Source: Harriotta raleighana
Lineage: Eukaryota
Assembly (NCBI GenBank): GCA_050575255.1
Contig: JBNZDD010013120.1
Location: 6,476-59,430 of the forward strand
DNA: 52,955 nt
Direction of reading: 5' to 3'
Shown: positions 1 to 13,812 of the stretch, piece by piece
Position numbering within the stretch: position 1 is the stretch's first letter
Layout of the letters: each line of letters opens with the position of its first letter
Made by a program: the position numbers and the translations under genes
Notes under the pieces: generated by a model
What the model was told of the DNA's origin: nothing
The model's database searches: none
The model's input: only the letters and a program-made list of their open reading frames with translations

Positions 1-755
1 AAACGAAAGTTTGACCTAGTTACAGTTACACAGAGTCGGCCAATCTCGTGCCAGCCGCCGCGGTTATACGAGTGACCCAAATTAATAAAAAAACGGCGTA
101 AAGAGTGTATAAGAAAAACCTTCCACCATTAAAACTGAACTGGTACTTAACTGTTATACGTACTCGTACCAATGAAAAACAATTACGAAAGTAATTTTAT
201 AAAAATAGACCTCTTAAAACACGATAGCTAAAGAACAAACTGGGATTAGATACCCCACTATGTTTAGCCCTAAACCTAGGTATTTACTTACCCAAATACC
301 CGCCAGAGAACTACAAGCGCCAGCTTGAAACCCAAAGGACTTGGCGGTGCCTTAGATCCCCCTAGAGGAGCCTGTTCTAGAACCGATAATCCCCGTTTAA
401 CCTCACCATCTCTTGCTATTACAGCCTATATACCGCCGTCGCCAGCTTGCCCTATGAGGGATAAACAGCAAGCAAAAAGAATTAACCTCCAAAACGTCAG
501 GTCGAGGTGTAGCTTATGAGATGGGAAGAAATGAGCTACATTTTCTACCAAGATCAACAGATAAATAGTGAAATCAAAATTGAAGCTGGATTTAGCAGTA
601 AGAAATAAATAGTATATTAATCTGAAAATGGCTCTAAGGCGCGCACACACCGCCCGTCACTCTCCTCAATTGACCCTTAAAATATATAATGACTCTTCTA
701 AATAAGAGGAGGCAAGTCGTAACATGGTAAGTGTACTGGAAAGTGCACTTGGAAT
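1..755 (+). rRNA. rrnS: mitochondrial 12S rRNA (5' truncated)
   Basis: Conserved motifs gtgccagccgccgcggtta, aaactgggattagatacccc, aagtcgtaacatggtaag; ends at tRNA-Val. Confidence 0.95.
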
Positions 756-826
756 CAAAATGTGGCTAAAAAGTACAGCACCTCCCTTACACAGAGGAAA
801 TACTCATGCAAATTGAGTCATTTTGA
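756..826 (+). tRNA. trnV: tRNA-Val (TAC)
   Basis: Acceptor caaaatg/cattttg, anticodon loop cttacac. Confidence 0.9.
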
Positions 827-2489
827 ACTTTATAGTTAACCCAATAAAACCAGTAATTATAATTTAACCTAAATAATCACATTAAAACTAACCAAAACAT
901 TTATTATTCTTAGTATAGGCGATAGAAAAGAAAATTGGAGTTATACACCCAGTACCGCAAGGGAAAACTGAAAGAGAAATGAAAAAATTCATTAAAGTAT
1001 TTAAAAGCAAAGATAGCCCCTCGTACCTTTTGCATCATGATTTAGCCAGTCTAATCAGGCAAAATGTACTTAAGCCTGCCCTCCCGAAACTAAACGAGCT
1101 ACTCCGAGACAGCAAACAAGTGCTAACCCTTCTCTGTGGCAAAAGAGTGGGAAGATCTCCGAGTAGAGGTGATAGACCTACCGAGTTTAGTGATAGCTGG
1201 TTAGTTAGGAAAAGAATTTTAGTTCTACGTCAATCTCTCTTTTACTCTTTTTAAACTTTTATAATTAAAGAACAAGAAGAAATTGATAGCTATTCAAAAG
1301 AGGTACAACTCTTTTGAAAAAGGATACAACCTTAACAGAGGTGGATAAAGATTATATTAACTAAGGAATTTATTATTGTGGGCCTAAAAGCAGCCATCTT
1401 CCCTGAAAGCGTTACAGCTCTAATAAACAAGACACCAATTATACAAATAAACAATCTCAACCCCCTTTTACTACTAACTTATTTTATTTAATTAAAAGAA
1501 TTTATGCTAGAATGAGTAACAAGAAAGTGAATTTCTCCTTTTACCCGTGTAAGTCAGAAAGAACCAATCACTGACAATTAACGACCCCAGATTGAGGGTA
1601 TTATTTACCCACAAAATAGACGAGAAAAACAAATAATTAAACATCGTTAACCCTACACAGGAGTAAATTAAGGAAAGATTAAAAAAGAAGGAAGGAACTC
1701 GGCAAACACAAATTCCGCCTGTTTACCAAAAACATCGCCTCCTGAACATTGAATATAGGAGGTCACGCCTGCCCACTGACATTAGTTTAACGGCCGCGGT
1801 ATTCTGACCGTGCAAAGGTAGCGTAATCACTTGTCTTTTAAATGAAGACCTGTATGAAAGGCATCACGAGATTTTACCTGTCTCCCTTCTTCAATCAGTG
1901 AAATTGATCTACCCGTGCAGAAGCGGGTATATATACATAAGACGAGAAGACCCTATGGAGCTTTAAATAATATATTAATAAAACGAATTTACAACCCCCA
2001 GGGGATAAGAAATGGACTTAGCATAATAAAATTATTTTTGGTTGGGGCAACCACGGGGTATAAAATAACCCCCGTATCGACCGGGCACACCATGCCTAAA
2101 AAATAGAACAACAATTCTATTTAATAAAACATTTAACGAGCAATGACCCAGAGTATATCTGATTAATGAACCAAGTTACCCTAGGGATAACAGCGCAATC
2201 CTTTTCCAGAGTCCCTATCGACGAAAGGGTTTACGACCTCGATGTTGGATCAGGACATCCTAATGGTGCAACCGCTATTAAGGGTTCGTTTGTTCAACGA
2301 TTAATAGTCCTACGTGATCTGAGTTCAGACCGGAGAAATCCAGGTCAGTTTCTATCTATGTAGTCGTTTCTCCTAGTACGAAAGGACCGGAAAAACAGAG
2401 CCTCTGCTACAAGCACGCTCTATCTTAACCCTCTGTTACCCACTAAAAAGGGCAATAAGAGGCACCCCCCTACCCTAGATAAGGGTATT
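827..2489 (+). rRNA. rrnL: mitochondrial 16S rRNA
   Basis: Motifs cgcctgtttaccaaaaacat, gacgagaagacccta, acgtgatctgagttcagaccgg; between trnV and trnL. Confidence 0.95.
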
Positions 2490-2564
2490 ATTAAGGTGGC
2501 AGAGCCAGGTAATTGCAAAAGCCCTAAACCCTTTGTGTCAGAGGTTCAAATCCTCTCCTTAATA
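2490..2564 (+). tRNA. trnL2: tRNA-Leu (UUR, TAA)
   Basis: Acceptor attaagg/ccttaat, loop cctaaac, T arm agagg-ttcaaat-cctct. Confidence 0.9.
2497..2509 (+). terminator. mTERF1-type termination tridecamer inside tRNA-Leu(UUR)
   Basis: TGGCAGAGCCAGG, one mismatch to human TGGCAGAGCCCGG, at the homologous position. Confidence 0.6.
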
Positions 2565-3536
2565 ATGTTCAAAACATTATTACCTCTTATTAATATCTTT
2601 ATAATAATCATCCCTGTGCTTTTAGCTGTTGCCTTCCTTACACTAGTCGAACGCAAAGTTCTAGGATATATACAACACCGCAAAGGTCCTAACGTTGTTG
2701 GACCCTATGGGCTCCTTCAACCCATGGCAGATGGGTTAAAACTATTTATCAAAGAACCTATTCGCCCTTCTACCTCCTCCTCCTTTATATTTATACTAGC
2801 CCCAACTATAGCCCTAACACTAGCCTTAATTATATGAATACCTCTTCCCCTCCCCTACGCCCTTCTAGATATCAACTTAACCATTTTATTCATCCTTGCC
2901 CTATCGAGTCTTACAGTTTACGCCATCCTCGCCTCAGGCTGATCTTCAAACTCTAAATACGCATTAATAGGAGCTTTACGAGCAGTAGCCCAAACTATCT
3001 CCTATGAAGTCAGCCTAGGACTGATTCTATTATGCTTGATTATTCTCACTGGGAGTTACTCACTTATATCCTTTAACATTACACAAGAGAGCATTTGACT
3101 GCTAATTCCAGAATGACCCTTAGCCGCAATATGGTATATCTCAACACTAGCTGAAACTAATCGCGCTCCATTTGATCTCACCGAAGGAGAATCAGAACTA
3201 GTCTCAGGCTTCAACGTTGAGTACGCAGGAGGACCCTTTGCCCTACTATTTTTAGCAGAATATGCAAACATCCTAATAATAAATACCCTCTCAGCCATCC
3301 TATTTTTAGGAGCCCTACACAACCCCTTAATACCTGAACTAACCACCATTAACCTCATACTAAAAGCAACTATTTTATCCTTAATATTCCTATGAGTACG
3401 AGCATCCTATCCTCGCTTCCGCTACGATCAACTCATACACCTTATCTGAAAAAACTTCCTTCCCCTATCTTTAGCTCTCATTCTATGACATGTCTCCCTC
3501 CCTATCGCTATAGCAAGCGTCCCCCCATCCATTTAA
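2565..3536 (+). CDS. ND1: NADH dehydrogenase subunit 1
   Basis: ATG..TAA, 972 bp; [25 protein letters not shown] and [24 protein letters not shown]. Confidence 0.96.
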
Positions 3537-3542
3537 TATTAA

Positions 3543-3612
3543 GGAAATGTGCCTGAATTAAAGGACTATTTTGATAGAGTAGATAATAGAGGTTAAAGCC
3601 CCCTCATTTCCT
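3543..3612 (+). tRNA. trnI: tRNA-Ile (GAT)
   Basis: ggaaatg/catttcc, loop ttgatag; IQM cluster. Confidence 0.88.
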
Positions 3613-3681
3613 TAGAACAATAGGACTCGAACCTACACAAAAGAGATCAAAACTCTTTATGCTTCCTTACATCACATTCTA
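3612..3681 (-). tRNA. trnQ: tRNA-Gln (TTG)
   Basis: Minus-strand cloverleaf; aagag-atcaaaa-ctctt on + strand. Confidence 0.88.
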
Positions 3682-3750
3682 AGTAGGGTCAGCTAATTAA
3701 GCTTTTGGGCCCATACCCCGAACACGTTGGTTAAAATCCTTCCCCTACTA
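3682..3750 (+). tRNA. trnM: tRNA-Met (CAT)
   Basis: agtaggg/ccctact, loop cccatac. Confidence 0.92.
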
Positions 3751-4794
3751 ATGAACCCATTAACAATATCCATCTTTATCTTAAGCCTAGGACTAGGCAC
3801 AACTATCACCTTCTCTAGCTCCCATTGATTACTTGCCTGAATAGGCTTAGAAATTAATACCATTGCCATCACCCCCTTAATAATTAAACAACATCACCCC
3901 CGAGCTGTAGAAGCAACAACAAAATATTTCCTAACACAAGCTACTGCATCCGCATTACTCTTATTCGCAGCTATCACCAACGCTTGAACAACCGGTCAGT
4001 GAAGCCTCCTAGAGATAGAAAACACAACTGCCATCTCTCTTATCACTATAGCCTTAGCCCTCAAATTAGGTCTTGCCCCAATACACTTTTGGCTCCCAGA
4101 GGTCCTCCAAGGGCTTGACTTAAAGACAGGCTTAATCTTGGCAACATGACAAAAACTCGCCCCTTTCATCATCCTAATCCAAATTGCACCAGCCCTAAAC
4201 CCTTATATTATAACAATCCTAGCACTCCTCTCTACCTTTATTGGGGGTTGAGGGGGCCTCAACCAGACACAACTACGAAAAATCCTAGCCTACTCCTCAA
4301 TCGCCCACCTAGGATGAATAACAATTATCCTACAATACTCTACTAATATCGCTCTTCTTAACCTTTTTCTATATTTAATTATTACTTCTACTATCTTCCT
4401 CTTATTTAATCTATTCAATTCAACAACAATCAACTCAATTTCTATAATAACAACAAAAAATCCAGCTATTACACCTATTGCTATAATAACCCTCCTTTCC
4501 TTGGGGGGTCTTCCACCCCTCACAGGGTTCGTACCAAAATGATTAATTCTTCAAGAACTTGTTTATCAAGACATATTCTTAATCGCCACAATCATAGCAA
4601 TATCCACCCTCCTAAGCTTATTCTTCTATCTCCGACTAACCTACGCCATTACCCTAACAATAACCCCCAACACCATAAACATAACATCAATCTGAACAAC
4701 AAAAAACAACCTGAAGCCCATTCTTCCTATCATTATTACCCTCTCAACAATACTCCTCCCCCTAACCCCCTTGTTGCTCCTCACTCTCCAATAG
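3751..4794 (+). CDS. ND2: NADH dehydrogenase subunit 2
   Basis: ATG; [17 protein letters not shown]; TAG overlaps trnW so probable incomplete T stop at 4792. Confidence 0.95.
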
Positions 4795-4861
4795 AGACTT
4801 AAGTTAAACAAACTAAAAGCCTTCAAAGCTTTTTATAGAAGTTCAACTCTTCTAGTCCCTG
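4793..4861 (+). tRNA. trnW: tRNA-Trp (TCA)
   Basis: aaagc-cttcaaa-gcttt anticodon arm; WANCY cluster. Confidence 0.9.
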
Positions 4862-4862
4862 T

Positions 4863-4931
4863 TAAGGTCTATAAGACTTTATCTCATATATTCTGAATGC
4901 AACTCAGATACTTTAATTAAGCTAAGACCTC
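4863..4931 (-). tRNA. trnA: tRNA-Ala (TGC)
   Basis: tctga-atgcaac-tcaga arm on + strand. Confidence 0.9.
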
Positions 4932-4932
4932 A

Positions 4933-5005
4933 CTAGATGGGTAAGCATCGATCTTACAAACTTTTAGTTAACAGCTAAATATTCAAACCATCGAACATCC
5001 ACCTA
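4933..5005 (-). tRNA. trnN: tRNA-Asn (GTT)
   Basis: tttag-ttaacag-ctaaa arm on + strand. Confidence 0.9.
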
Positions 5006-5055
5006 GGTCCTTCCTCTTCGCCTTTTAGGGGAAGAGAGGCGAGAGGAAGCCCCGG
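5006..5055. promoter_or_regulatory. origin of light-strand replication (OL) hairpin
   Basis: Inverted repeat cttcctc(t)tcgcct ... aggcgagaggaag between trnN and trnC. Confidence 0.88.
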
Positions 5056-5112
5056 AAGGTCCTCCCTTCATTCCCGGAGTTGCAATCCGGTGTGAATTTC
5101 ACTACGAGACTT
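5047..5112 (-). tRNA. trnC: tRNA-Cys (GCA)
   Basis: ccgga-gttgcaa-tccgg arm on + strand; ends approximate. Confidence 0.85.
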
Positions 5113-5179
5113 GGTAAGAAGAGGTTCTACCCTCTGTAAACGGATTTACAATCCACCACCTAAACTCGGCCATCTTACC
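5112..5179 (-). tRNA. trnY: tRNA-Tyr (GTA)
   Basis: ggtaaga/tcttacc acceptor, gga-tttacaa-tcc arm. Confidence 0.88.
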
Positions 5180-5180
5180 T

Positions 5181-6727
<1,547 letters not shown>

Positions 6728-6740
<13 letters not shown>

Positions 6741-6798
6741 AATTGAACCCCCATATTTTAGTTTCAAGCTAATTACATAACCACTCTGTCACTCTCTT
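6728..6798 (-). tRNA. trnS2: tRNA-Ser (UCN, TGA)
   Basis: ttag-tttcaag-ctaa arm on + strand; position after COX1. Confidence 0.87.
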
Positions 6799-6806
6799 AA
6801 TAACAC

Positions 6807-6875
6807 AAAGCACTAGTAAAAGTATTACATTATCTTGTCAAGATAAAATCACGGGCTAAAAACCCGTGTGCTTTA
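6807..6875 (+). tRNA. trnD: tRNA-Asp (GTC)
   Basis: aaagcac/gtgcttt, ttatc-ttgtcaa-gataa. Confidence 0.9.
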
Positions 6876-6876
6876 A

Positions 6877-7567
6877 ATGGCACATCCCTCTCAATTAGGC
6901 TTTCAAGACGCAGCTTCCCCCGTAATAGAAGAACTCTTACACTTCCATGACCACACCCTTATAATTGTGTTTTTAATCAGCACCCTGGTTCTTTATATCA
7001 TCACTGTAATAGTGACAACCAAACTCACGAACAAATTTATTCTTGATTCACAAGGAATCGAAATTATTTGAACTATTCTTCCAGCTATTATTTTGATCTC
7101 AATTGCCCTTCCTTCACTTCGCATTCTCTATCTCATAGATGAAGTAATCAACCCCCACCTAACCATTAAAGCAGTCGGACATCAATGATATTGAAGCTAC
7201 GAATACACTGACTATGAAAACCTAGAATTTGACTCTTACATAGTACAAACACAAGACTTAACCCCCGGTCAATTTCGACTCTTAGAAACTGACCATCGTA
7301 TAGTAATTCCAATAGAGTCCCCAATTCGAATCCTAGTCTCAGCAGACGATGTTCTCCACTCCTGGTCTGTCCCAGCCCTGGGCGTAAAAATAGACGCTGT
7401 GCCAGGGCGACTAAACCAAACTGCTTTTCTAGTTACTCGCCCAGGTGTCTTTTACGGACAATGTTCAGAAATCTGTGGAGCTAATCACAGCTTTATACCA
7501 ATTGTAGTAGAAGCCGTGCCTCTTCAACACTTCGAAAACTGATCTCTATTAACATTAGAAGAAAGCT
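6877..7567 (+). CDS. COX2: cytochrome c oxidase subunit II
   Basis: [15 protein letters not shown]; CuA motif [12 protein letters not shown]; 691 bp with incomplete T stop. Confidence 0.96.
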
Positions 7568-7638
7568 CACTAAGAAGCTAAAGTACCAGCATTAGCCTTT
7601 TAAGCTAAAGATAGGTGACTCATAATCACCCTTAATGA
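7568..7638 (+). tRNA. trnK: tRNA-Lys (TTT)
   Basis: ttagc-cttttaa-gctaa arm. Confidence 0.9.
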
Positions 7639-7803
7639 ATGCCACAACTAAACCCTAACCCGTGATTCCTAATTCTATTGTTTACATGAACTATCTTCCT
7701 AACAGTCCTTCCTAATAAAATTAATAAACATACTTTCACCAATAAACCAACAATTAACTTAATCTCCCCAAAAACCAACACCTGAGTCTGACCATGAACT
7801 TAA
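7639..7803 (+). CDS. ATP8: ATP synthase F0 subunit 8 (54 aa)
   Basis: MPQLNPNPWF...WVWPWT, TAA; 10-bp overlap with ATP6. Confidence 0.95.
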
Positions 7804-8477
7804 GCTTCTTCGACCAATTCATAAGCCCCTCTCTAATAAACATCCCTCTTCTAGCTTTAGCCCTTACCCTTCCATGACTACTTTTCCCCACTCTTACAAA
7901 CCGATGACTAAACAACCGCCTTATTACTCTACAAACATGGTTCATCGGCCAATTCACCATCCAACTTCTAACCCCCATCAATGCAAAAGTTCACAAATGA
8001 GCAATAATCTTTTGTTCCCTTGTACTTCTTCTTATAACCTTAAACTTATTAGGGCTTTTACCCTACACCTTCACCCCTACGACTCAACTATCCCTAAACT
8101 TAGGACTAGCTATTCCCCTCTGATTAGCAACTGTTTTAGTAGGCATGATTAATCAACCCACTACATCCCTTGGTCACCTCCTACCAGAAGGAACCCCTAC
8201 TCCCCTCATTCCCATACTCATCATCATCGAAACAATTAGTCTCATAATTCGTCCTATTGCACTTGCAGTACGGCTTACAGCTAATCTGACAGCTGGCCAC
8301 CTTTTAATACAACTTATTGCCACTGCAGCCTTCGTATTAATAAATTCTATACCAGTAGTGGCTATACTGACTTCCATAGTTCTATTCTTACTTACCCTAC
8401 TGGAAGTAGCAGTCGCACTCATCCAGGCCTATGTCTTCGTCCTCCTATTAAGTCTCTATCTACAAGAAAACACCTAA
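7794..8477 (+). CDS. ATP6: ATP synthase F0 subunit 6
   Basis: 684 bp; [33 protein letters not shown]. Confidence 0.96.
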
Positions 8478-9262
8478 TGGCACACCAAGCACATCCATAC
8501 CACATAGTAGATCAAAGCCCTTGACCTTTAACAGGAGCAGTTGCAGCCCTACTTATAACATCGGGCCTAGCTATCTGATTTCATTACAATTCTTTTATTC
8601 TACTATCCACCGGACTTATCCTCCTACTATTGACTGTAATCCAATGATGACGAGATGTAATTCGAGAAAGTACCTTTCAAGGACACCACACACTCCCAGT
8701 ACAAAAAGGACTACGATGAGGAATAGTCCTCTTTATTACATCTGAAGTTTTATTCTTCTTTGGCTTCTTCTGAGCTTTTTACCACTCTAGTTTAGCCCCT
8801 ACTCCAGAACTAGGAAACTGCTGGCCCCCTACAGGGGTATCTCCTTTAAACCCCTTTGAAGTACCCCTTCTAAATACAGCAATTTTATTAGCCTCAGGCG
8901 TAACAATCACCTGGGCCCATCATAGCCTGATAGAAGGGTCCCGAAAAGAGATAACACAAGCCCTAACATTAACAGTTCTTCTAGGGGTGTACTTCACACT
9001 TCTACAAGCAATAGAATACTACGAAGCCCCCTTTACAATTTCTGACGGGGTCTACGGCTCCACATTCTTCGTTGCCACAGGATTCCACGGCCTGCACGTC
9101 ATCATCGGCACTACCTTTCTCATGGTTTGCCTAGCACGCCAAATCCAATTTCATTTTACCTCAATGCACCACTTTGGCTTTGAAGCCGCAGCCTGATACT
9201 GACACTTTGTAGATGTTGTCTGATTATTCCTTTACGTGTCAATTTATTGATGAGGCTCATAA
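8477..9262 (+). CDS. COX3: cytochrome c oxidase subunit III
   Basis: [12 protein letters not shown]; [12 protein letters not shown]; 786 bp. Confidence 0.96.
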
Positions 9263-9330
9263 ATCTTTCTAGTAAAATTTTACAAATGACTTCCAATCAT
9301 TTAATCTTGGTTAAAACCCAAGGAGAGATA
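9263..9330 (+). tRNA. trnG: tRNA-Gly (TCC)
   Basis: aatga-cttccaa-tcatt arm. Confidence 0.9.
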
Positions 9331-9681
9331 ATGAACCTCATTATTCTTGTTTTCATTGTATGCTTTACATTATCTTCAATTCTAGTAACCATTGCTTTTT
9401 GATTACCCCAATTCAAACCGGATGGAGAGAAACTCTCCCCGTATGAATGTGGTTTTGACCCACTGGGCTCTGCCCGTCTACCCTTTTCCCTTCGCTTCTT
9501 CCTTGTCGCTATTCTTTTTTTATTATTCGATCTAGAAATTGCCCTTCTTCTTCCTATTCCTTGAAGTAATCAACTAGAATCCCCAACAATAACCCTCACT
9601 GCTGCCCTACTTATTATCATCCTTCTCACACTAGGCCTGGTATACGAATGACTCCAAGGAGGTTTAGAATGAGCAGAATAG
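9331..9681 (+). CDS. ND3: NADH dehydrogenase subunit 3
   Basis: [22 protein letters not shown]; TAG overlaps trnR (probable incomplete T at 9679). Confidence 0.95.
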
Positions 9682-9748
9682 GTGTTTAATCTAAACAAGA
9701 ACACTAATTTCGACTTAGTACATCGTGATGAAAACACACGAACACCTT
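9680..9748 (+). tRNA. trnR: tRNA-Arg (TCG)
   Basis: aggtgtt/aacacct, actaa-tttcgac-ttagt. Confidence 0.9.
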
Positions 9749-10045
9749 ATGACACCCTTACACTTCACATTCTCCGCAGCTTTCACATTAAGCTTCTTCG
9801 GCCTAACAATTCACCGTACATATCTCCTCTCCGCCCTTCTTTGTTTAGAAGGAATAATACTAACACTATATGTCGCTCTAACCCTCTGATCTGTACAAAA
9901 CAGCTCTTCCAACTACTTAGTAAGCCCCCTAATCCTACTAGCCTTTTCAGCATGTGAAGCATGTACAGGCCTAGCCCTTCTAGTAGCTACCACCCGCACC
10001 CATGGAAGTAATCACTTACAAAACCTAAATCTCCTACAATGCTAA
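9749..10045 (+). CDS. ND4L: NADH dehydrogenase subunit 4L
   Basis: 297 bp; [23 protein letters not shown]; 7-bp overlap with ND4. Confidence 0.95.
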
Positions 10046-11238
10046 AAATTCTAATCCCCACCCTTATACTAATAACCTTTACCTGACTTACCCCCAAAAA
10101 ATGATTATGAACAACAACAACTTCTCACGCCTTCCTCATTGCTGTCGCCTCTCTAATTTGATTTAAATGGGATAACGAAACTGGCTGAACTTTTACTAAT
10201 AATTTTGTAGGGGTAGACCCCCTCTCCGCCCCCTTGATAATCCTCACCTGTTGACTTCTCCCTTTAATAATAATAGCCAGTCAAAATCACCTAAAAACGG
10301 AGCCCATTAATCACCAACGAGCCTACATTACCCTTTTAATCACCTTACAATTATCCCTAACCATAGCCTTCAGTTCCCTAGAAATGATTTCATTCTACAT
10401 TATATTCGAAACCACCCTCATCCCAACACTTATTCTCATCACCCGATGAGGAAACCAAAAAGAACGACTCAACGCAGGTATCTACTTCCTATTTTATACC
10501 CTAGCAGGCTCCCTCCCCCTTTTAGTTGCCCTCCTTACCCTCCAAAACTGAACACACTCCTTATCTTTGTTCATCCTTCCATTTACACAAACCCAAACAA
10601 ACGACTGAGGTAATATTTTATGATGAGCCGCCTGCTTAACTGCCTTCTTAGTAAAAATACCCCTCTACGGAGTTCACCTCTGACTACCCAAAGCCCATGT
10701 AGAAGCCCCTATCGCAGGCTCTATGATTTTAGCAGCTATCCTACTAAAACTAGGAGGATACGGATTAATACGTATTATTGTAGTCCTAAATCCCTTAACC
10801 AAAGACTACGCCTACCCCTTCATCATCCTCTCCGTCTGGGGCATTGTAATAGCTGGCTCTATTTGTATACGTCAGACAGATCTGAAATCCCTAATCGCTT
10901 ATTCATCCGTCAGTCATATGGGCCTTGTAACTGCTGCTATTCTTATCCAAACCCCCTGAAGCTTCATAGGGGCGATATTACTAATGATCTCTCACGGATT
11001 AATCTCCTCCGCCCTATTCTGCTTAGCTAATACAAACTATGAACGAATCCATAGCCGCACCCTTCTGCTAGCCCGAGGAATTCAGACGATCCTTCCACTA
11101 ATAGCATCCTGATGATTCCTAACCAACCTAGCTAATCTAGCTCTTCCTCCCTCTACTAACTTAATAGGAGAACTATTAATCATGACCTCCCTATTCTCCT
11201 GATCTGTTTGAACCCTTATTTTAACAGGGTTTGGCACT
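10039..11238 (+). CDS. ND4: NADH dehydrogenase subunit 4 (3' truncated at N gap)
   Basis: [30 protein letters not shown]. Confidence 0.93.
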
Positions 11239-11248
11239 NNNNNNNNNN

Positions 11249-12003
11249 AAACGAAAGTTTGACCTAGTTACAGTTACACAGAGTCGGCCAATCTCGTGCC
11301 AGCCGCCGCGGTTATACGAGTGACCCAAATTAATAAAAAAACGGCGTAAAGAGTGTATAAGAAAAACCTTCCACCATTAAAACTGAACTGGTACTTAACT
11401 GTTATACGTACTCGTACCAATGAAAAACAATTACGAAAGTAATTTTATAAAAATAGACCTCTTAAAACACGATAGCTAAAGAACAAACTGGGATTAGATA
11501 CCCCACTATGTTTAGCCCTAAACCTAGGTATTTACTTACCCAAATACCCGCCAGAGAACTACAAGCGCCAGCTTGAAACCCAAAGGACTTGGCGGTGCCT
11601 TAGATCCCCCTAGAGGAGCCTGTTCTAGAACCGATAATCCCCGTTTAACCTCACCATCTCTTGCTATTACAGCCTATATACCGCCGTCGCCAGCTTGCCC
11701 TATGAGGGATAAACAGCAAGCAAAAAGAATTAACCTCCAAAACGTCAGGTCGAGGTGTAGCTTATGAGATGGGAAGAAATGAGCTACATTTTCTACCAAG
11801 ATCAACAGATAAATAGTGAAATCAAAATTGAAGCTGGATTTAGCAGTAAGAAATAAATAGTATATTAATCTGAAAATGGCTCTAAGGCGCGCACACACCG
11901 CCCGTCACTCTCCTCAATTGACCCTTAAAATATATAATGACTCTTCTAAATAAGAGGAGGCAAGTCGTAACATGGTAAGTGTACTGGAAAGTGCACTTGG
12001 AAT
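11249..12003 (+). rRNA. rrnS: 12S rRNA (5' truncated), copy 2
   Basis: Copy of 1-755. Confidence 0.93.
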
Positions 12004-12074
12004 CAAAATGTGGCTAAAAAGTACAGCACCTCCCTTACACAGAGGAAATACTCATGCAAATTGAGTCATTTTGA

Positions 12075-13737
12075 ACTTTATAGTTAACCCAATAAAACCA
12101 GTAATTATAATTTAACCTAAATAATCACATTAAAACTAACCAAAACATTTATTATTCTTAGTATAGGCGATAGAAAAGAAAATTGGAGTTATACACCCAG
12201 TACCGCAAGGGAAAACTGAAAGAGAAATGAAAAAATTCATTAAAGTATTTAAAAGCAAAGATAGCCCCTCGTACCTTTTGCATCATGATTTAGCCAGTCT
12301 AATCAGGCAAAATGTACTTAAGCCTGCCCTCCCGAAACTAAACGAGCTACTCCGAGACAGCAAACAAGTGCTAACCCTTCTCTGTGGCAAAAGAGTGGGA
12401 AGATCTCCGAGTAGAGGTGATAGACCTACCGAGTTTAGTGATAGCTGGTTAGTTAGGAAAAGAATTTTAGTTCTACGTCAATCTCTCTTTTACTCTTTTT
12501 AAACTTTTATAATTAAAGAACAAGAAGAAATTGATAGCTATTCAAAAGAGGTACAACTCTTTTGAAAAAGGATACAACCTTAACAGAGGTGGATAAAGAT
12601 TATATTAACTAAGGAATTTATTATTGTGGGCCTAAAAGCAGCCATCTTCCCTGAAAGCGTTACAGCTCTAATAAACAAGACACCAATTATACAAATAAAC
12701 AATCTCAACCCCCTTTTACTACTAACTTATTTTATTTAATTAAAAGAATTTATGCTAGAATGAGTAACAAGAAAGTGAATTTCTCCTTTTACCCGTGTAA
12801 GTCAGAAAGAACCAATCACTGACAATTAACGACCCCAGATTGAGGGTATTATTTACCCACAAAATAGACGAGAAAAACAAATAATTAAACATCGTTAACC
12901 CTACACAGGAGTAAATTAAGGAAAGATTAAAAAAGAAGGAAGGAACTCGGCAAACACAAATTCCGCCTGTTTACCAAAAACATCGCCTCCTGAACATTGA
13001 ATATAGGAGGTCACGCCTGCCCACTGACATTAGTTTAACGGCCGCGGTATTCTGACCGTGCAAAGGTAGCGTAATCACTTGTCTTTTAAATGAAGACCTG
13101 TATGAAAGGCATCACGAGATTTTACCTGTCTCCCTTCTTCAATCAGTGAAATTGATCTACCCGTGCAGAAGCGGGTATATATACATAAGACGAGAAGACC
13201 CTATGGAGCTTTAAATAATATATTAATAAAACGAATTTACAACCCCCAGGGGATAAGAAATGGACTTAGCATAATAAAATTATTTTTGGTTGGGGCAACC
13301 ACGGGGTATAAAATAACCCCCGTATCGACCGGGCACACCATGCCTAAAAAATAGAACAACAATTCTATTTAATAAAACATTTAACGAGCAATGACCCAGA
13401 GTATATCTGATTAATGAACCAAGTTACCCTAGGGATAACAGCGCAATCCTTTTCCAGAGTCCCTATCGACGAAAGGGTTTACGACCTCGATGTTGGATCA
13501 GGACATCCTAATGGTGCAACCGCTATTAAGGGTTCGTTTGTTCAACGATTAATAGTCCTACGTGATCTGAGTTCAGACCGGAGAAATCCAGGTCAGTTTC
13601 TATCTATGTAGTCGTTTCTCCTAGTACGAAAGGACCGGAAAAACAGAGCCTCTGCTACAAGCACGCTCTATCTTAACCCTCTGTTACCCACTAAAAAGGG
13701 CAATAAGAGGCACCCCCCTACCCTAGATAAGGGTATT
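12075..13737 (+). rRNA. rrnL: 16S rRNA, copy 2
   Basis: Copy of 827-2489. Confidence 0.93.
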
Positions 13738-13812
13738 ATTAAGGTGGCAGAGCCAGGTAATTGCAAAAGCCCTAAACCCTTTGTGTCAGAGGTTCAAATC
13801 CTCTCCTTAATA

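Noticed and set aside
1858-1932. Humanin-homologous segment in 16S (KASRDFTCLPSSISEIDLPVQKRV)
   Set aside because: The start codon position is AAG, the nearby ATG at 1854 is out of frame, and there is no stop at the homologous position.
325-2363. 60-90 aa ORFs inside 12S and 16S
   Set aside because: They lie in structural rRNA and have no protein-like features; chance ORFs.
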